A DNA stretch of 64,000 nt from an uncultured Myxococcales bacterium (GTDB lineage: Bacteria; Myxococcota_A; Polyangia; JAAYKL01), in NCBI GenBank assembly GCA_964530995.1, contig CAZHCG010000005.1, positions 3,853 through 67,852 of the forward strand, in the 5' to 3' direction. The notes beneath the pieces are model-generated. The model worked only from the letters and a program-made list of their open reading frames with translations, had not been told where the DNA came from and did no database searches. Shown in pieces: positions 45,540-54,946 of the stretch. Made by a program: the position numbers and the translations under genes. The stretch's first letter is position 1; each line of letters starts with the position of its first letter.

Positions 45540-46757
45540 CTACCGGGCGGCCTCGGGTCTCGAGAAGTACTCCCTGAGCAGCAGCGCCGAGGCGGTGGCG
45601 GCCTTGATCCGCCAGGCGGGACGGTTGACCACCAGCACGGCCAGCGCCACCTCCGGGCGCTCGGCCGGGGCGATCCCGACGAACCAGGTGTAGCCGCGGT
45701 AGGGATCACGGCCGGTCAGCGTGCCGGTCTTGCCGGCCACGGCCACGTCGCCGACCAGGGGCCGACTTTCGGGATCGCGAAAGGCGCGTCTGGCCGTGCC
45801 CCGCTCCACCGTCAGCCTCATCGCCTCCAGGATCCGCGCCGCGTGCTCGCGGCTGGTCACGCGCGACACGAAGGCGGGCTCCGACTCGTAGAGTGTCCGG
45901 CCGTCCTCGGAGATGATCTCGTCCACGATGTAGGGACGCAGCATTGCGCCGTCCTGCGCGATCGACTGGGCGATCATCGCCGCGTGGAGCGGGGAGAGAT
46001 GGGTGTGCCAGAAACCGGCCGCGGCCCGGGCGCGCTCGAGCCGATCGCCCGGAATCTCGGCGCGCGACTCGGCCAGCGGCAGGTCGAACGGCAGCTCGCG
46101 GCCGAAGCCGAAGCGGCGCGCCGCGGCGGCGATATCGGATCGCTCCAGCCGGCGGTCGGCGAGCTTGGCGAACACCGCGTTGATCGAGCGGCCCAGCGCG
46201 GAGGCCAGGTCGGCGCAGGCGGTGTCCAGCCGCGGCGAGTCGACCAGGTTGCTCTCCGTGAGCTCCTGCCAGCCGCCGTGGTAGCAGACGCGCTCGTCGA
46301 GGTCGGTCTCGCCGCCGTCCAGCAAGGCGGCGGTGGTCACGATCTTGAACAGAGAGGCGGCCGGGGGCGAGGGATCGAGCGCCACCGCGTCGCTGTCCGC
46401 CGCGTTTTCCTCGAGACGATGCTGGGAGAGCGCCAGCACGCGCCCGGTTCGCGAGGCGATCATCACCGCGGCCCCGGCCGGCACCTCGTAGCGCTCGAAC
46501 AGATCGTCGGCGTAGCGCTGCATGCGGGGATCCAAGGTGAAGACCGCGGTGCGTCCGTCCTCGAAACGCCGGGTGTAGCGCCCGTCTTCGATCTCGATCC
46601 CGGCGAGCGAGACGCCGGCCAGGGGATCGGTCTTGGAGCCCGGCTCCTTGCCGCCCTCTGCCGAAGCCGCGCCCGGCCCGAAAACCGCCGCCAGCGCCAG
46701 CAGCAAGACGAGCGGAAGCGATGCGAGCAACGCCGAGCGTTTCACGCGCGAGGACAT
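45540..46757 (-). CDS. Penicillin-binding protein, transpeptidase domain only
   Basis: SxxK (ASLFK), SxN (RSIN) and KTG motifs with an N-terminal TM/signal. No transglycosylase or long dimerisation domain. Confidence 0.88.
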   Translation of the reverse strand: MSSRVKRSALLASLPLVLLLALAAVFGPGAASAEGGKEPGSKTDPLAGVSLAGIEIEDGRYTRRFEDGRTAVFTLDPRMQRYADDLFERYEVPAGAAVMIASRTGRVLALSQHRLEENAADSDAVALDPSPPAASLFKIVTTAALLDGGETDLDERVCYHGGWQELTESNLVDSPRLDTACADLASALGRSINAVFAKLADRRLERSDIAAAARRFGFGRELPFDLPLAESRAEIPGDRLERARAAAGFWHTHLSPLHAAMIAQSIAQDGAMLRPYIVDEIISEDGRTLYESEPAFVSRVTSREHAARILEAMRLTVERGTARRAFRDPESRPLVGDVAVAGKTGTLTGRDPYRGYTWFVGIAPAERPEVALAVLVVNRPAWRIKAATASALLLREYFSRPEAAR

Positions 46758-46890
46758 GTAAAAAAGTTAGATCGCCACGCGGCCGAGGGTCAAAAAAGCG
46801 GGCAAGACTGCAGTCCGGTCGAAGTCCCCGAGCTAGCTAATAAAGCAAGCTGCGATATTGATTTCGCATCAAACGATATGAAAAATTCAT

Positions 46891-46990
46891 GGTGTCAGGC
46901 TCACTGAAGTTTGGACGGTTACCGAAATTCAGGGTGTCAGGGCCACTGAAATCTGGTTCTTTTTGCGAACTGTCGGGGCTCACTGCGAAG
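46891..46990 (+). repeat. Three degenerate ~24-bp direct repeats in an intergenic region
   Basis: GGTGTCAGGCTCACTGAAGTTTGG (46891), GGTGTCAGGGCCACTGAAATCTGG (46933), CTGTCGGGGCTCACTGCG (~46970). Confidence 0.55.
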
Positions 46991-46999
46991 GCCGACTGC

Positions 47000-47944
47000 T
47001 CAGCGGTAGACGGCCCAGGAGGTGAATGTGGCGGACTCGTTGTAGATTCTCAGGCCGGAGAGGCCGGCCATCTCCGGCCAGACGTCTCCTTCGTCCAGCA
47101 CCAGCTCTCCGTAGCCTCCCCCTTCGTCTTCGTATGTGCACAGCACGCTCAGGCCGTTGTAGTAGGCGCGGACCTTGTGCCAGCCCGCGGGCTCGGTCTG
47201 GACAGACACGTCGACCCCGTCGATCGGGCTGATCGAGCTGCCCCCCTCGAGAATCCAGGCGCTGAGCCGGTTGCTGTCGCGCTCGAACAGGCAGGTGATC
47301 CAGACCGTCTGCTCGAAAGGGAAACCCTGCTCGTGCGCGGCGAAGAACAGGCCGGCGTAGCTTCCTCCTCCGGGGTTCTGATCTCCGAATCGGAAGGTCG
47401 TCTCGACCGAGTAGATGCCCTCCTCGAGGAACGGCTCGCGGTAGTTGTTGGTGCCGTACGTCTGCATCGCCGCCGTAAGCGAGTCGTTGCCCCACGACCA
47501 CTGCTCGCTGTCCGGATTCCACTGGTCCTGGCTGTCGAGCAGAGGATCGAAGATCTCGATGCTCTCCAACAGATCCTCGTTCCACGCCGCCTCGCAGGCG
47601 TCGCCCACGTCGTCGCCGTCGCCGTCGGCCTGATCGCCGTTGGGATAGGTCGGGCAGTTGTCGCAGTTGTCGTCGAGGCCGTCTCCGTCCTCGTCGTGCC
47701 CGTTGCCCTGGCAGTCGGTATCGGTATCGGCGTCCGAGTCCGCGTCGGAGTCGGAATCGGAGTCCGCGTCGGCGTCCGTGTCCGTGTCTCCGTCCGTGTC
47801 TCCGTCCGCGTCGGAATCGGCGTCCGAGTCGGCGTCGGTGTCCGCGTCGGTACCGCCGTCCAGCGAGAACGGTTGCGGCGCCTCTCCGGAGCAGCTCCAG
47901 GTCAGGAGCAACACCGGCACGATCGGCAGCAGTCTGAGCAGCAT
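47000..47944 (-). CDS. Lipoprotein with Asp-Ser/Thr/Ala linker, thrombospondin type-3 repeat and C-terminal ConA-like beta-sandwich
   Basis: LLTWSC lipobox, a long DTDADTDADSD tract and DEDGDGLDDNCDNCP..PNGDQADGDGDDVGDAC. RBS GGAGGAGG. Confidence 0.8.
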   Translation of the reverse strand: MLLRLLPIVPVLLLTWSCSGEAPQPFSLDGGTDADTDADSDADSDADGDTDGDTDTDADADSDSDSDADSDADTDTDCQGNGHDEDGDGLDDNCDNCPTYPNGDQADGDGDDVGDACEAAWNEDLLESIEIFDPLLDSQDQWNPDSEQWSWGNDSLTAAMQTYGTNNYREPFLEEGIYSVETTFRFGDQNPGGGSYAGLFFAAHEQGFPFEQTVWITCLFERDSNRLSAWILEGGSSISPIDGVDVSVQTEPAGWHKVRAYYNGLSVLCTYEDEGGGYGELVLDEGDVWPEMAGLSGLRIYNESATFTSWAVYR

Positions 47945-48031
47945 CTTCACACCTCCTCCAGGAGCATTGTAGCAGCAATCGGAGCGTTCGCCCGTCGAGC
48001 CCAGGACCGGCCCGCGATGCAATCGGCGGCT

Positions 48032-49765
48032 CTACTTCACCTCGCGGGCGAAGAACTCGGCGGTCAACGGCCGGCCGGTGCACTGCTCGACGAACTCCGG
48101 CCAGGGCACGGAGCGTCCCGGCGAGAAGACCCGCTCTTTGAAGAACTCGCCGAACTCCTTTCTGCCGTTGAAGCTCAGCGTGCGCGTCGGGCCCTCGTGG
48201 CCGGCCAGCTCCACCAGCTTGTCGCGCAGCTGGGCGGCGAACAGCTCGCCGAGCTGGTAGTTGTGGTAGTAGACCGGCGCGATCGTGAAGTGCGGCTTGG
48301 CCGCCCAGTCCGGCGCGTCCCTGTCGGGCGGGCGCTCGAGCATCTGGAAGCGCTCCACGTTGTCCCACCACAGCGCGCCGAGGTCGCGCTCGGGGTTCTC
48401 GTACATCGCCTTTTCGAAGTGCAGCATCACCATCGTCCAGCGGGCGAAGATCAGCTGCTCGCGCCTGCGCTGCTCGTAGATCGCCTCCTCCACCTCGGCG
48501 ACGCGCTCCTCGTCCGCGCCGGCGTAGCCGACCATCCAGGTCGGGTTCTTGGCCAGGGCGCCGAACAGCATCGCCACGGCCTCGGTGGTGAAGATGTGCG
48601 CCATCTCGCGGAGGTTGTAGGGCAGATCCCGGTCGATGTGCAGGTCGTAGACCGCGTGGCCCTCCTCGTGGAGGATCGTGTCCATCCACTTGGCGTCCGG
48701 CTGGATGTTGAGCAGGGTGCGCACGTCGCCCGCGCGGTCGATGCTGATGCAAAAGGCGTGCTGGTGCTTGCCCTCGCGCTCGTAGAGATCGGAGCGAGCC
48801 AGGATGTCTTCGATCGGCAGCCCGATGTCGGCATAGAAGGTCTTGGAGATATCGACGATATCTTCCTTTTTCCTGTCCTCGTAGAACTCGTCGAGATCCA
48901 CGGCGGCGGAGGGCGGAGCGGCCTGGAAGAACGGGTTGTCGTAGTGCCAGGGCATCATCTCCTCGGGCTCGATGCCGAAGCGCTCGGCCAGCTCGGCGTC
49001 CAGCTCGGCCTTCATCTCGGAGAACGGCCCGTCGGTCATCTCCTCGAGCTCGGCGAAGATCGCCATCAGCTGCTCGGGATCGTGCTCTTGCAGGTCGATC
49101 CGCATCTGCCAGAAGTCGTCGTAGCCCAGCTGCCTGGCCGCCTCGTTGCGCAGCCCGGCCAGCTCGACGATCATCGGCCCCACCTCGGCGCCGACCTGCT
49201 TGAGCGCCTTCCAGATCTCGAGGCGTCTCTCGCTCCCGTCGCACTCGGCCAGCATCTTCAAAAGGTCGTTGTTGGACTTCTTTTCGCCGTCCAGCTCGGC
49301 GCGGAAGGTGTTGAACTTCTCCTCGATCGCCGCAGACTTGTTGACCATCTTCTCGAGCAGATCGTCGGGGAGCTGGTTGCCCTTGAACGCCAGGTAGGCG
49401 GTCTCCAGCGAGCGCTCGACCAGCGGATCGAGACCTTCGGCCCCGCGCAGCTTCTCGATGCGGGAGAAGCGATCGGGATCCGAGTGAAGCTTCTCCAGCG
49501 CCAGGTCGGCCTCGGCGTAGGCCTCGAAGTCCTCCTTCTTCCCCGAGTTGGCCGCCTTCCAGTAGGCCAGGTTGGCCTTCTTCTCGAGCTCGGCCAGCTC
49601 CTGGTTGTACTTTTCGAGCAGGGCCTCGGCTTCGGCGTTCACATTTCCCTCCTCGGCGGCCGGCTCCGGTTCGGCCGCCGGCTCGACCGGCTTCTCCGCG
49701 GCGCCGCAGCCGACCAGCGCCGGCATCGCGAGCGTCGCTAACAGAGCCTTGGCGATCTTCCTCAT
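48032..49765 (-). CDS. Lipoprotein zinc peptidase, M2/M3 (peptidyl-dipeptidase A / oligopeptidase-like)
   Basis: ALVGC lipobox, TILHEEGHAVY, TEAVAM, HF...PVYYHNY. RBS AGGAGGAG before ATG 49765. Confidence 0.88.
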   Translation of the reverse strand: MRKIAKALLATLAMPALVGCGAAEKPVEPAAEPEPAAEEGNVNAEAEALLEKYNQELAELEKKANLAYWKAANSGKKEDFEAYAEADLALEKLHSDPDRFSRIEKLRGAEGLDPLVERSLETAYLAFKGNQLPDDLLEKMVNKSAAIEEKFNTFRAELDGEKKSNNDLLKMLAECDGSERRLEIWKALKQVGAEVGPMIVELAGLRNEAARQLGYDDFWQMRIDLQEHDPEQLMAIFAELEEMTDGPFSEMKAELDAELAERFGIEPEEMMPWHYDNPFFQAAPPSAAVDLDEFYEDRKKEDIVDISKTFYADIGLPIEDILARSDLYEREGKHQHAFCISIDRAGDVRTLLNIQPDAKWMDTILHEEGHAVYDLHIDRDLPYNLREMAHIFTTEAVAMLFGALAKNPTWMVGYAGADEERVAEVEEAIYEQRRREQLIFARWTMVMLHFEKAMYENPERDLGALWWDNVERFQMLERPPDRDAPDWAAKPHFTIAPVYYHNYQLGELFAAQLRDKLVELAGHEGPTRTLSFNGRKEFGEFFKERVFSPGRSVPWPEFVEQCTGRPLTAEFFAREVK

Positions 49766-49890
49766 CTTTCTCCTCCTAGTCGAAAAACATTCTATCGAGG
49801 CTTCGCCGCCCGCCGGCGACGGAGACCGCAACGCCGCCTTTTTAACAGGAGAACGGGGAGTCAGTCGAGAGGCGGGAGGCGGACCGCCCT

Positions 49891-49925
49891 ATTGATAATG
49901 ATGCGAGGCTTTGTTAATAATCAAT
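49891..49925. promoter_or_regulatory. Fur/Zur-like operator (GATAAT-type half-sites) upstream of the lipoprotein-porin operon
   Basis: ATTGATAATGAT at 49891 and ATAATCAAT at 49917-49925 form an 8/9 inverted repeat with a 17-bp spacer. It sits in a very AT-rich patch, and GATAATGAT equals the first 9 bases of the classical Fur box. Confidence 0.45.
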
Positions 49926-49957
49926 GAAATGGGTTTTTTCTAAAATGGAGTAACAAA

Positions 49958-50494
49958 ATGAAGAAGATGCGCAAGAGCACTTTGACGATGATCCTGCTGG
50001 GACTGCTCGCCTCCGCGCTGGCGTTCGGTTGCGGCGACGACGACAACGACGGCGACGGGACCGACGCGGACGCGGATTCCGACACCGATTCCGACAGCGA
50101 CTCGGACAGCGACGGCGACAGCGACTCGGACACCGACTCGGACACCGGCGCGGGCTACACCGTGACCGCCACCGTTTCGGTGCCGTCCGACTTCGACGCC
50201 ACGCCGGTCAAGATCGGCGCGCACTTCTACGACTCGCTGCCCCCGGCCGGCCCGCCGTCGGTGATGGGCGAGATCGTCGATGATCCGGAGATCGGCGTCG
50301 ACACCCCCTACGACCTGGAGATGAACGGGGTCGAGGCCGAGGGCGATTACTTCCTGTACGTGGTTCTCTACGTCGAAGACGGCGGAGACACCATGCCCTC
50401 TCCCGGCGTCGATTACGTCGGAGAATCGGAGCAGCTGACGTTCGGCGAGGGCGACGTGGACGCGGGAGAGATCGATCTGGCGCTGGCGGAATGA
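49958..50494 (+). CDS. Lipoprotein with Asp-Ser/Thr linker and small beta-sandwich domain
   Basis: ALAFGC lipobox, DADADSDTDSDSDSDSD tract, then a domain with a PxPGVDYVG motif. Confidence 0.8.
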   Translation: MKKMRKSTLTMILLGLLASALAFGCGDDDNDGDGTDADADSDTDSDSDSDSDGDSDSDTDSDTGAGYTVTATVSVPSDFDATPVKIGAHFYDSLPPAGPPSVMGEIVDDPEIGVDTPYDLEMNGVEAEGDYFLYVVLYVEDGGDTMPSPGVDYVGESEQLTFGEGDVDAGEIDLALAE

Positions 50495-50931
50495 GACGAG
50501 CTGACAGGATCGCCGCGGCGATCGTCGCGATTGCGCTTGGCGGCGGCTGCAATCCCACCGCGGAGGAGCGCTGCGGAGGCGGCTACGTCTGGAAGGACGG
50601 GACCTGCATCCCCGAGGACGAAGCCGACACCGGAACCGAGAGCGACGAGGACAAGGACGCAGACGCCGGGGATGCCGACGGGGGCGACGGACCTTCCGGT
50701 CTGGGAGTGGAGTGCAGCGAGGACGGCGGAGAATGTGAGGGTTTCGAGGCCGATTACTGCGCGCTTCAGCCCGGGCAGGAGACGGGCTACTGCACGGTGG
50801 AGAACTGCAACACCGATCCCGACGACTGCTACGGGGAGTACAGGTGCTGCGACTTTCCGTACAGCGGCGTGCCCAACTTCTGTGTGACGCCCGAGGACTA
50901 CGAGATACTGGGATCCACGTGCGACGGATGA
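50491..50931 (+). CDS. Cys-rich acidic lipoprotein
   Basis: ALGGGC lipobox and many Cys in GLGVEC...C..FEADYC...GYCT...C..D.DDC...Y.CC...FC. ATGA overlap with the upstream gene. Confidence 0.8.
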   Translation: MRRADRIAAAIVAIALGGGCNPTAEERCGGGYVWKDGTCIPEDEADTGTESDEDKDADAGDADGGDGPSGLGVECSEDGGECEGFEADYCALQPGQETGYCTVENCNTDPDDCYGEYRCCDFPYSGVPNFCVTPEDYEILGSTCDG

Positions 50932-50977
50932 GAGGCACCCGAAAAGAAGCGTCTGCCGGAAAGGCGAGCCAGAGCCG

Positions 50978-52327
50978 ATGAGCTGGTGCGCCCTGGCGAT
51001 GCTGGTTCCGCTGGCCGCGGGGGTCGCTCCGCAGCAGGAGGCGGAGAACGCTCCCGACGAGCTCGCCCGAGCGGACGCAGAAGACGACGGGGCGCTGGAG
51101 GAGCGCGTCGAGAGCCTCGAGAACCGTGTCGAAGAGCTGGAGATGGCGCAGCTCGAAAGCGTGGGGACCGAGGATACTACGCGTTTTTTGGAGGTATATG
51201 GCTTTTTCGACGTGCTGCTCTCCAAGTTTTTCGTCGATGACAAAGGATTGTTCAACGGGATCATGAACGACCACCTCAGCTTCTTGATGCAGCACCTGAA
51301 CCTCTACTTTTCCAGCCAGATGTCGGAGAGCTGGTCCGTGCTGGTCGAGCTGCGCTTCTCCTTTCTGCCGTTGGGCCAGGAGGAGTCGTTCGATATGGGG
51401 ATCACCGACTACGAGCGGACCGACACCACGGTCAACGATCCGTACAGCGACGAGCGCATCCGACTGGGCGGCCTGGCGATCGAGCGGGCGCACGCAACCT
51501 GGCAGGCGGTCGACTGGTTCGGGGTGCTGGCCGGTAGGTTCCTGACGCCCTACGGCATCTGGAACATCGATCACGGCGCCACTGTGCTGATCCCGATCCG
51601 ACCCCCGCTGTTGCAGATCCATCAGTGGGTGCCGACCGCGCAGACCGGCTTGCAGGTCTTTGGGCGCTTCTTCCCGGCGCGCAACCTGTACCTGGACTAC
51701 GCGCTCACTTTTTCCAACGGGCGCGGTCCCACCGATTCGGTCTTCGACCTGGACCACGACAAGGCGATCGGCCTGCGGGCGAGGCTGATCTACGACGATA
51801 CCAATCTGCGCTTCGCGGTCGGCGGGTACGGTTACACCGGAGAGTACACCGACGTGAGCAAGAGCGCGGTCACCACCCCGGAGTTCCATGTGACGGTCGA
51901 GGAGACCGAGAGCTACCGCGAGTACACCGGCGCCGCCGACCTGCTGCTCGAGGTGTCGGGCGTCAGGCTGCAGGGCGAGTTCGTCCGCGGACGGGTCTAC
52001 TACGACGAGCGTCCGCCGCGCTCCCAGTTCCGCGGCGGGGGGTACCAGCCGGACTACGTATTCACCGATGTCTACAGCCTGCTGGCCTACACCCTGCCGC
52101 TCGACGAGTGGCTGGGAACCATGGATCTGACTCCTTACGTGATGTTCGAGTGGAGCGACATGGACGACTCGCTGCCCAAGATGATCGGGCACGTCTACGT
52201 GGGAGGGCTCAATTTCAAGCCGACGCCGTTCGTCACGATCAAGGGCGAGTACTCGTACAAGTACTCGCCGAACCTGGCGCACGCGGATTTCTCGGTGGCG
52301 TCGATGCAGCTCGCGGTTTCGTTCTGA
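50978..52327 (+). CDS. Outer-membrane beta-barrel porin-like protein with N-terminal coiled-coil
   Basis: Signal peptide, LEERVESLENRVEELE coil, IERAHATW, AGRFLTPYGIWN, and terminal strand MQLAVSF. Confidence 0.8.
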   Translation: MSWCALAMLVPLAAGVAPQQEAENAPDELARADAEDDGALEERVESLENRVEELEMAQLESVGTEDTTRFLEVYGFFDVLLSKFFVDDKGLFNGIMNDHLSFLMQHLNLYFSSQMSESWSVLVELRFSFLPLGQEESFDMGITDYERTDTTVNDPYSDERIRLGGLAIERAHATWQAVDWFGVLAGRFLTPYGIWNIDHGATVLIPIRPPLLQIHQWVPTAQTGLQVFGRFFPARNLYLDYALTFSNGRGPTDSVFDLDHDKAIGLRARLIYDDTNLRFAVGGYGYTGEYTDVSKSAVTTPEFHVTVEETESYREYTGAADLLLEVSGVRLQGEFVRGRVYYDERPPRSQFRGGGYQPDYVFTDVYSLLAYTLPLDEWLGTMDLTPYVMFEWSDMDDSLPKMIGHVYVGGLNFKPTPFVTIKGEYSYKYSPNLAHADFSVASMQLAVSF

Positions 52328-52344
52328 GCGATGAGGAGCGCGGG

Positions 52345-52851
52345 GTGATCGGATCGTCGAGAACGAGCTGGAAAGCGCCGGGAGCCGAGGTCGGAGCGAG
52401 ACCGCACGGCTTGCTCCGCTATTCTTTCGTGATCGCGGTTGCGCTCGCGCTCGGCGTCTCGTCAGTCGCGGCGCCGGCCGAGAGCCCGCAGGATATCCTG
52501 GTGGTGGTCAACCAAGACAGCGAAGTGCAATCGATCACCAAAGATGAGCTGCGCGACGTCTTCATGCGCCGCCGGATGTCCTGGCGCAGCGGCGAGCGAG
52601 CGATTCCGATCAACGCTCGAGAGAACACCGCGATCCGCGCGGTCTTCAGAGAGCGCGTGCTGGGCATGAACGCCGACGAGGAGACGCGCTACTGGCAGGA
52701 CCGTCAGATCCGCTCGGGCAAGACTCCGCCCAAGGAGTTCGGCAACCCGTTGCGCGTCGTGTTCAAGCTGCACGACGCGGTCGGCTACGCCTTTCGCTCC
52801 GACTACAAGGAAGAGGTGGGACGGGTGGTGCTGGTAGTCCCCGCCGAGTGA
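52345..52851 (+). CDS. Small periplasmic binding-protein-like (PstS-type fold) protein
   Basis: Signal peptide, then ILVVVN, ITKDELRDVF...W, YW..RQIRSGK.PP, AVGY. GTG 52345 follows GAGGAG; the track ORF from 51625 is over-extended. Confidence 0.72.
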   Translation: MIGSSRTSWKAPGAEVGARPHGLLRYSFVIAVALALGVSSVAAPAESPQDILVVVNQDSEVQSITKDELRDVFMRRRMSWRSGERAIPINARENTAIRAVFRERVLGMNADEETRYWQDRQIRSGKTPPKEFGNPLRVVFKLHDAVGYAFRSDYKEEVGRVVLVVPAE

Positions 52852-52970
52852 GGCGAGCCTCGCCGTGTGAAGCAGTTGCGGCCTCCGACCGGAGCAGCGC
52901 GACCGCTCAAAAAATGTATTCACCGCCAAGCTTTTTCGCCCGGGGTGCGGATCGGCGGGGACGCTCCGCC

Positions 52971-53000
52971 TTGACCCGGCGGCTGGGCGGGGGGTATTAA
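52971..53000 (+). promoter_or_regulatory. Putative sigma70-type promoter of the DEAD-box helicase gene
   Basis: TTGACC, 18-bp spacer, TATTAA, about 95 bp upstream of ATG 53096. Confidence 0.35.
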
Positions 53001-53095
53001 CACGGCGTCCGCCGGGGCGCGGGGAAGCCGCGTCTTTCGCGGCGGAACAATACGAGACCCTGGCTGTCCAAACAACGAGAGCGACGGGAGATCCG

Positions 53096-54946
53096 ATGAG
53101 CGACAACCTGGAGAACAGCAACGCCTCACCCGCAGACGAGAGCTTGGTGGAGAACGGGGCATCCTTCGAGGGCTTCGAGCTGCTGCCCGAGGTGGCCCGG
53201 GCGATCGAGAAGCTGGGATTCGAGCGCCCCACGCCGGTGCAGGCCCGCACCTACGGCGAGATCATGTCCGGCCAGGACGTGATCGTGATGGCCCAGACCG
53301 GCACCGGCAAGACCGCCGCTTTCGGGATACCGATGGCCCAGAGGCTCGATCCGAACGCAGATCGCGTCCAGGCGCTGGTGCTGACCCCGACGCGCGAGCT
53401 GGCGCTGCAAGTCTCGCGCGAGGTCGACGCGATCGGCGAGCAGCGGGGGCTGTCGTGCGCGGCGATCTACGGCGGCGCCTCGTTTTCCAAGCAGGTCGAG
53501 GAGGTCCGGGCCGGGTGCGCGGTGGTGGCCGGCACGCCGGGACGCGTGCTCGACCACCTGAGACGCGGCACGATCTCGTTCGATGGGCTGCGCGTCCTGG
53601 TGCTCGACGAGGCGGACGAGATGCTCTCGATGGGCTTCGAAAAGGAGCTTTCCGAGATCATGGAGCGGCTGCCCGAACGGCGCCAGAACCTGCTGTTCTC
53701 GGCGACGATTCCGGACGACATCCAGCGGCTGGCCGGGCGCTACATGGACGAGGCGCTGCGCATCTCGGTCTCGGGCGATGCGGTGGCCGCGACGGAGATC
53801 AGCCACTACGTCTACCTCGTTTCGGGAGCAGGTCGCCCGGGCGATCTGGTGCGCGTGATCGAGGCCGAGCGGCCCGAGTCGGCGATCATCTTCTGCAACA
53901 CGCGCGACGAGACCCAGGTGGTGGCGCGGCACCTGAGCAAGTCGGGCTACGACGTGGACTGGATCAACTCCGATCTGTCCCAGGCCGAGCGCGAGCGGGT
54001 GATGACGGCGACGCGCAGCGGCGAGCTGCGCTTCATGGTGGCGACCGACGTGGCGGCCCGCGGGATCGACATCTCCCACCTCAGCCACGTGATCAACTAC
54101 TCCTTTCCCGAGTCGCTGGAGGGCTACGTGCACCGTACCGGGCGAACCGGGCGGCAGGGGCGCCACGGCGCCGCGGTCTCGCTGATCACGCCGCACGATA
54201 TCGGCAACCTCTACTTTCTGAGGCTGACCTACAAGATCTTTCCGGTGGAGCGCACGCTGCCCAGCGGGAAGCTGGCCGAGCGCGACCAGGAGCTGGCCAG
54301 GCTGGAGACGCTCAGGCGCGCTCTGTCCGGCGGTCCCGACGGCGAGTTCATCGGGCTGGCGCGACGCGTGCTGCAGGACATCAGCGCGGATCGCATCGTG
54401 GCCGGCCTGCTGGCGGCGCACTTCGAGGGCCTGGAGAAGATCGCTCGTCTCCGCGACGAGAGGGGCGGCGGCCGCAAGAAGGATGAGGAGCGCAAGGCGA
54501 GCCGCCGTTCCCGCCGCAAGCGCAAGCCGCAGGCCGAAGGCTCCGTCGAGACGCCGCGCGAGGAGCGCGAGACAAAAGGCGATCGACCCGAGAAGAAGGA
54601 GCAATCCGAGCGGCCCCGCTCCGGCGAGACCAGGGACAAGTCGGCCGATCGCGACAGGGGCGAGGCGCGCGAGAGCGACGACACCGGAGCGAAAGAAACA
54701 CAGGAGGGTGCGCGCGAGATCTACCTGGACGCCGGGCGCAAGGACGGGCTCAGGATCTCGTCGCTGATGAAGGAGATCGTGGAGCGCAGCGGCCTGCCGC
54801 GCTCCGCGGTCGGCCGGGTCCGCATGCTGACGAGATCGAGCTTCATCTCCGTGCCCGAGGAGAACTTCGAGGCGGTGCTCCGGGCCGCCGGCCAGATCGA
54901 GCTGGACGGGCGCAGGCTCGGCGCCGAGCCCGCGGAGGAATCATGA
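53096..54946 (+). CDS. deaD: DEAD-box RNA helicase with C-terminal DbpA-type RNA-binding domain (DeaD/CsdA-like)
   Basis: Q motif GFERPTPVQ, AQTGTGKT, PTRELA, GTPGR, DEAD, SAT, ARGID, HRTGRTGR. C-terminal IYLDAGRKDG...VGRVRM..RSSFISV. Confidence 0.93.
   Translation: MSDNLENSNASPADESLVENGASFEGFELLPEVARAIEKLGFERPTPVQARTYGEIMSGQDVIVMAQTGTGKTAAFGIPMAQRLDPNADRVQALVLTPTRELALQVSREVDAIGEQRGLSCAAIYGGASFSKQVEEVRAGCAVVAGTPGRVLDHLRRGTISFDGLRVLVLDEADEMLSMGFEKELSEIMERLPERRQNLLFSATIPDDIQRLAGRYMDEALRISVSGDAVAATEISHYVYLVSGAGRPGDLVRVIEAERPESAIIFCNTRDETQVVARHLSKSGYDVDWINSDLSQAERERVMTATRSGELRFMVATDVAARGIDISHLSHVINYSFPESLEGYVHRTGRTGRQGRHGAAVSLITPHDIGNLYFLRLTYKIFPVERTLPSGKLAERDQELARLETLRRALSGGPDGEFIGLARRVLQDISADRIVAGLLAAHFEGLEKIARLRDERGGGRKKDEERKASRRSRRKRKPQAEGSVETPREERETKGDRPEKKEQSERPRSGETRDKSADRDRGEARESDDTGAKETQEGAREIYLDAGRKDGLRISSLMKEIVERSGLPRSAVGRVRMLTRSSFISVPEENFEAVLRAAGQIELDGRRLGAEPAEES

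Noticed and set aside
47715-47852. 6-bp periodic repeats (also 50040-50145 and 61470-61530) as CRISPR or non-coding VNTR
   Set aside because: They are in-frame Asp-x coding repeats with synonymous variation and no spacers or cas genes.
46889-52282. 950-aa plus-strand and 780-aa minus-strand ORFs
   Set aside because: Shadows of the M2/M3 peptidase, lipoprotein and porin genes.
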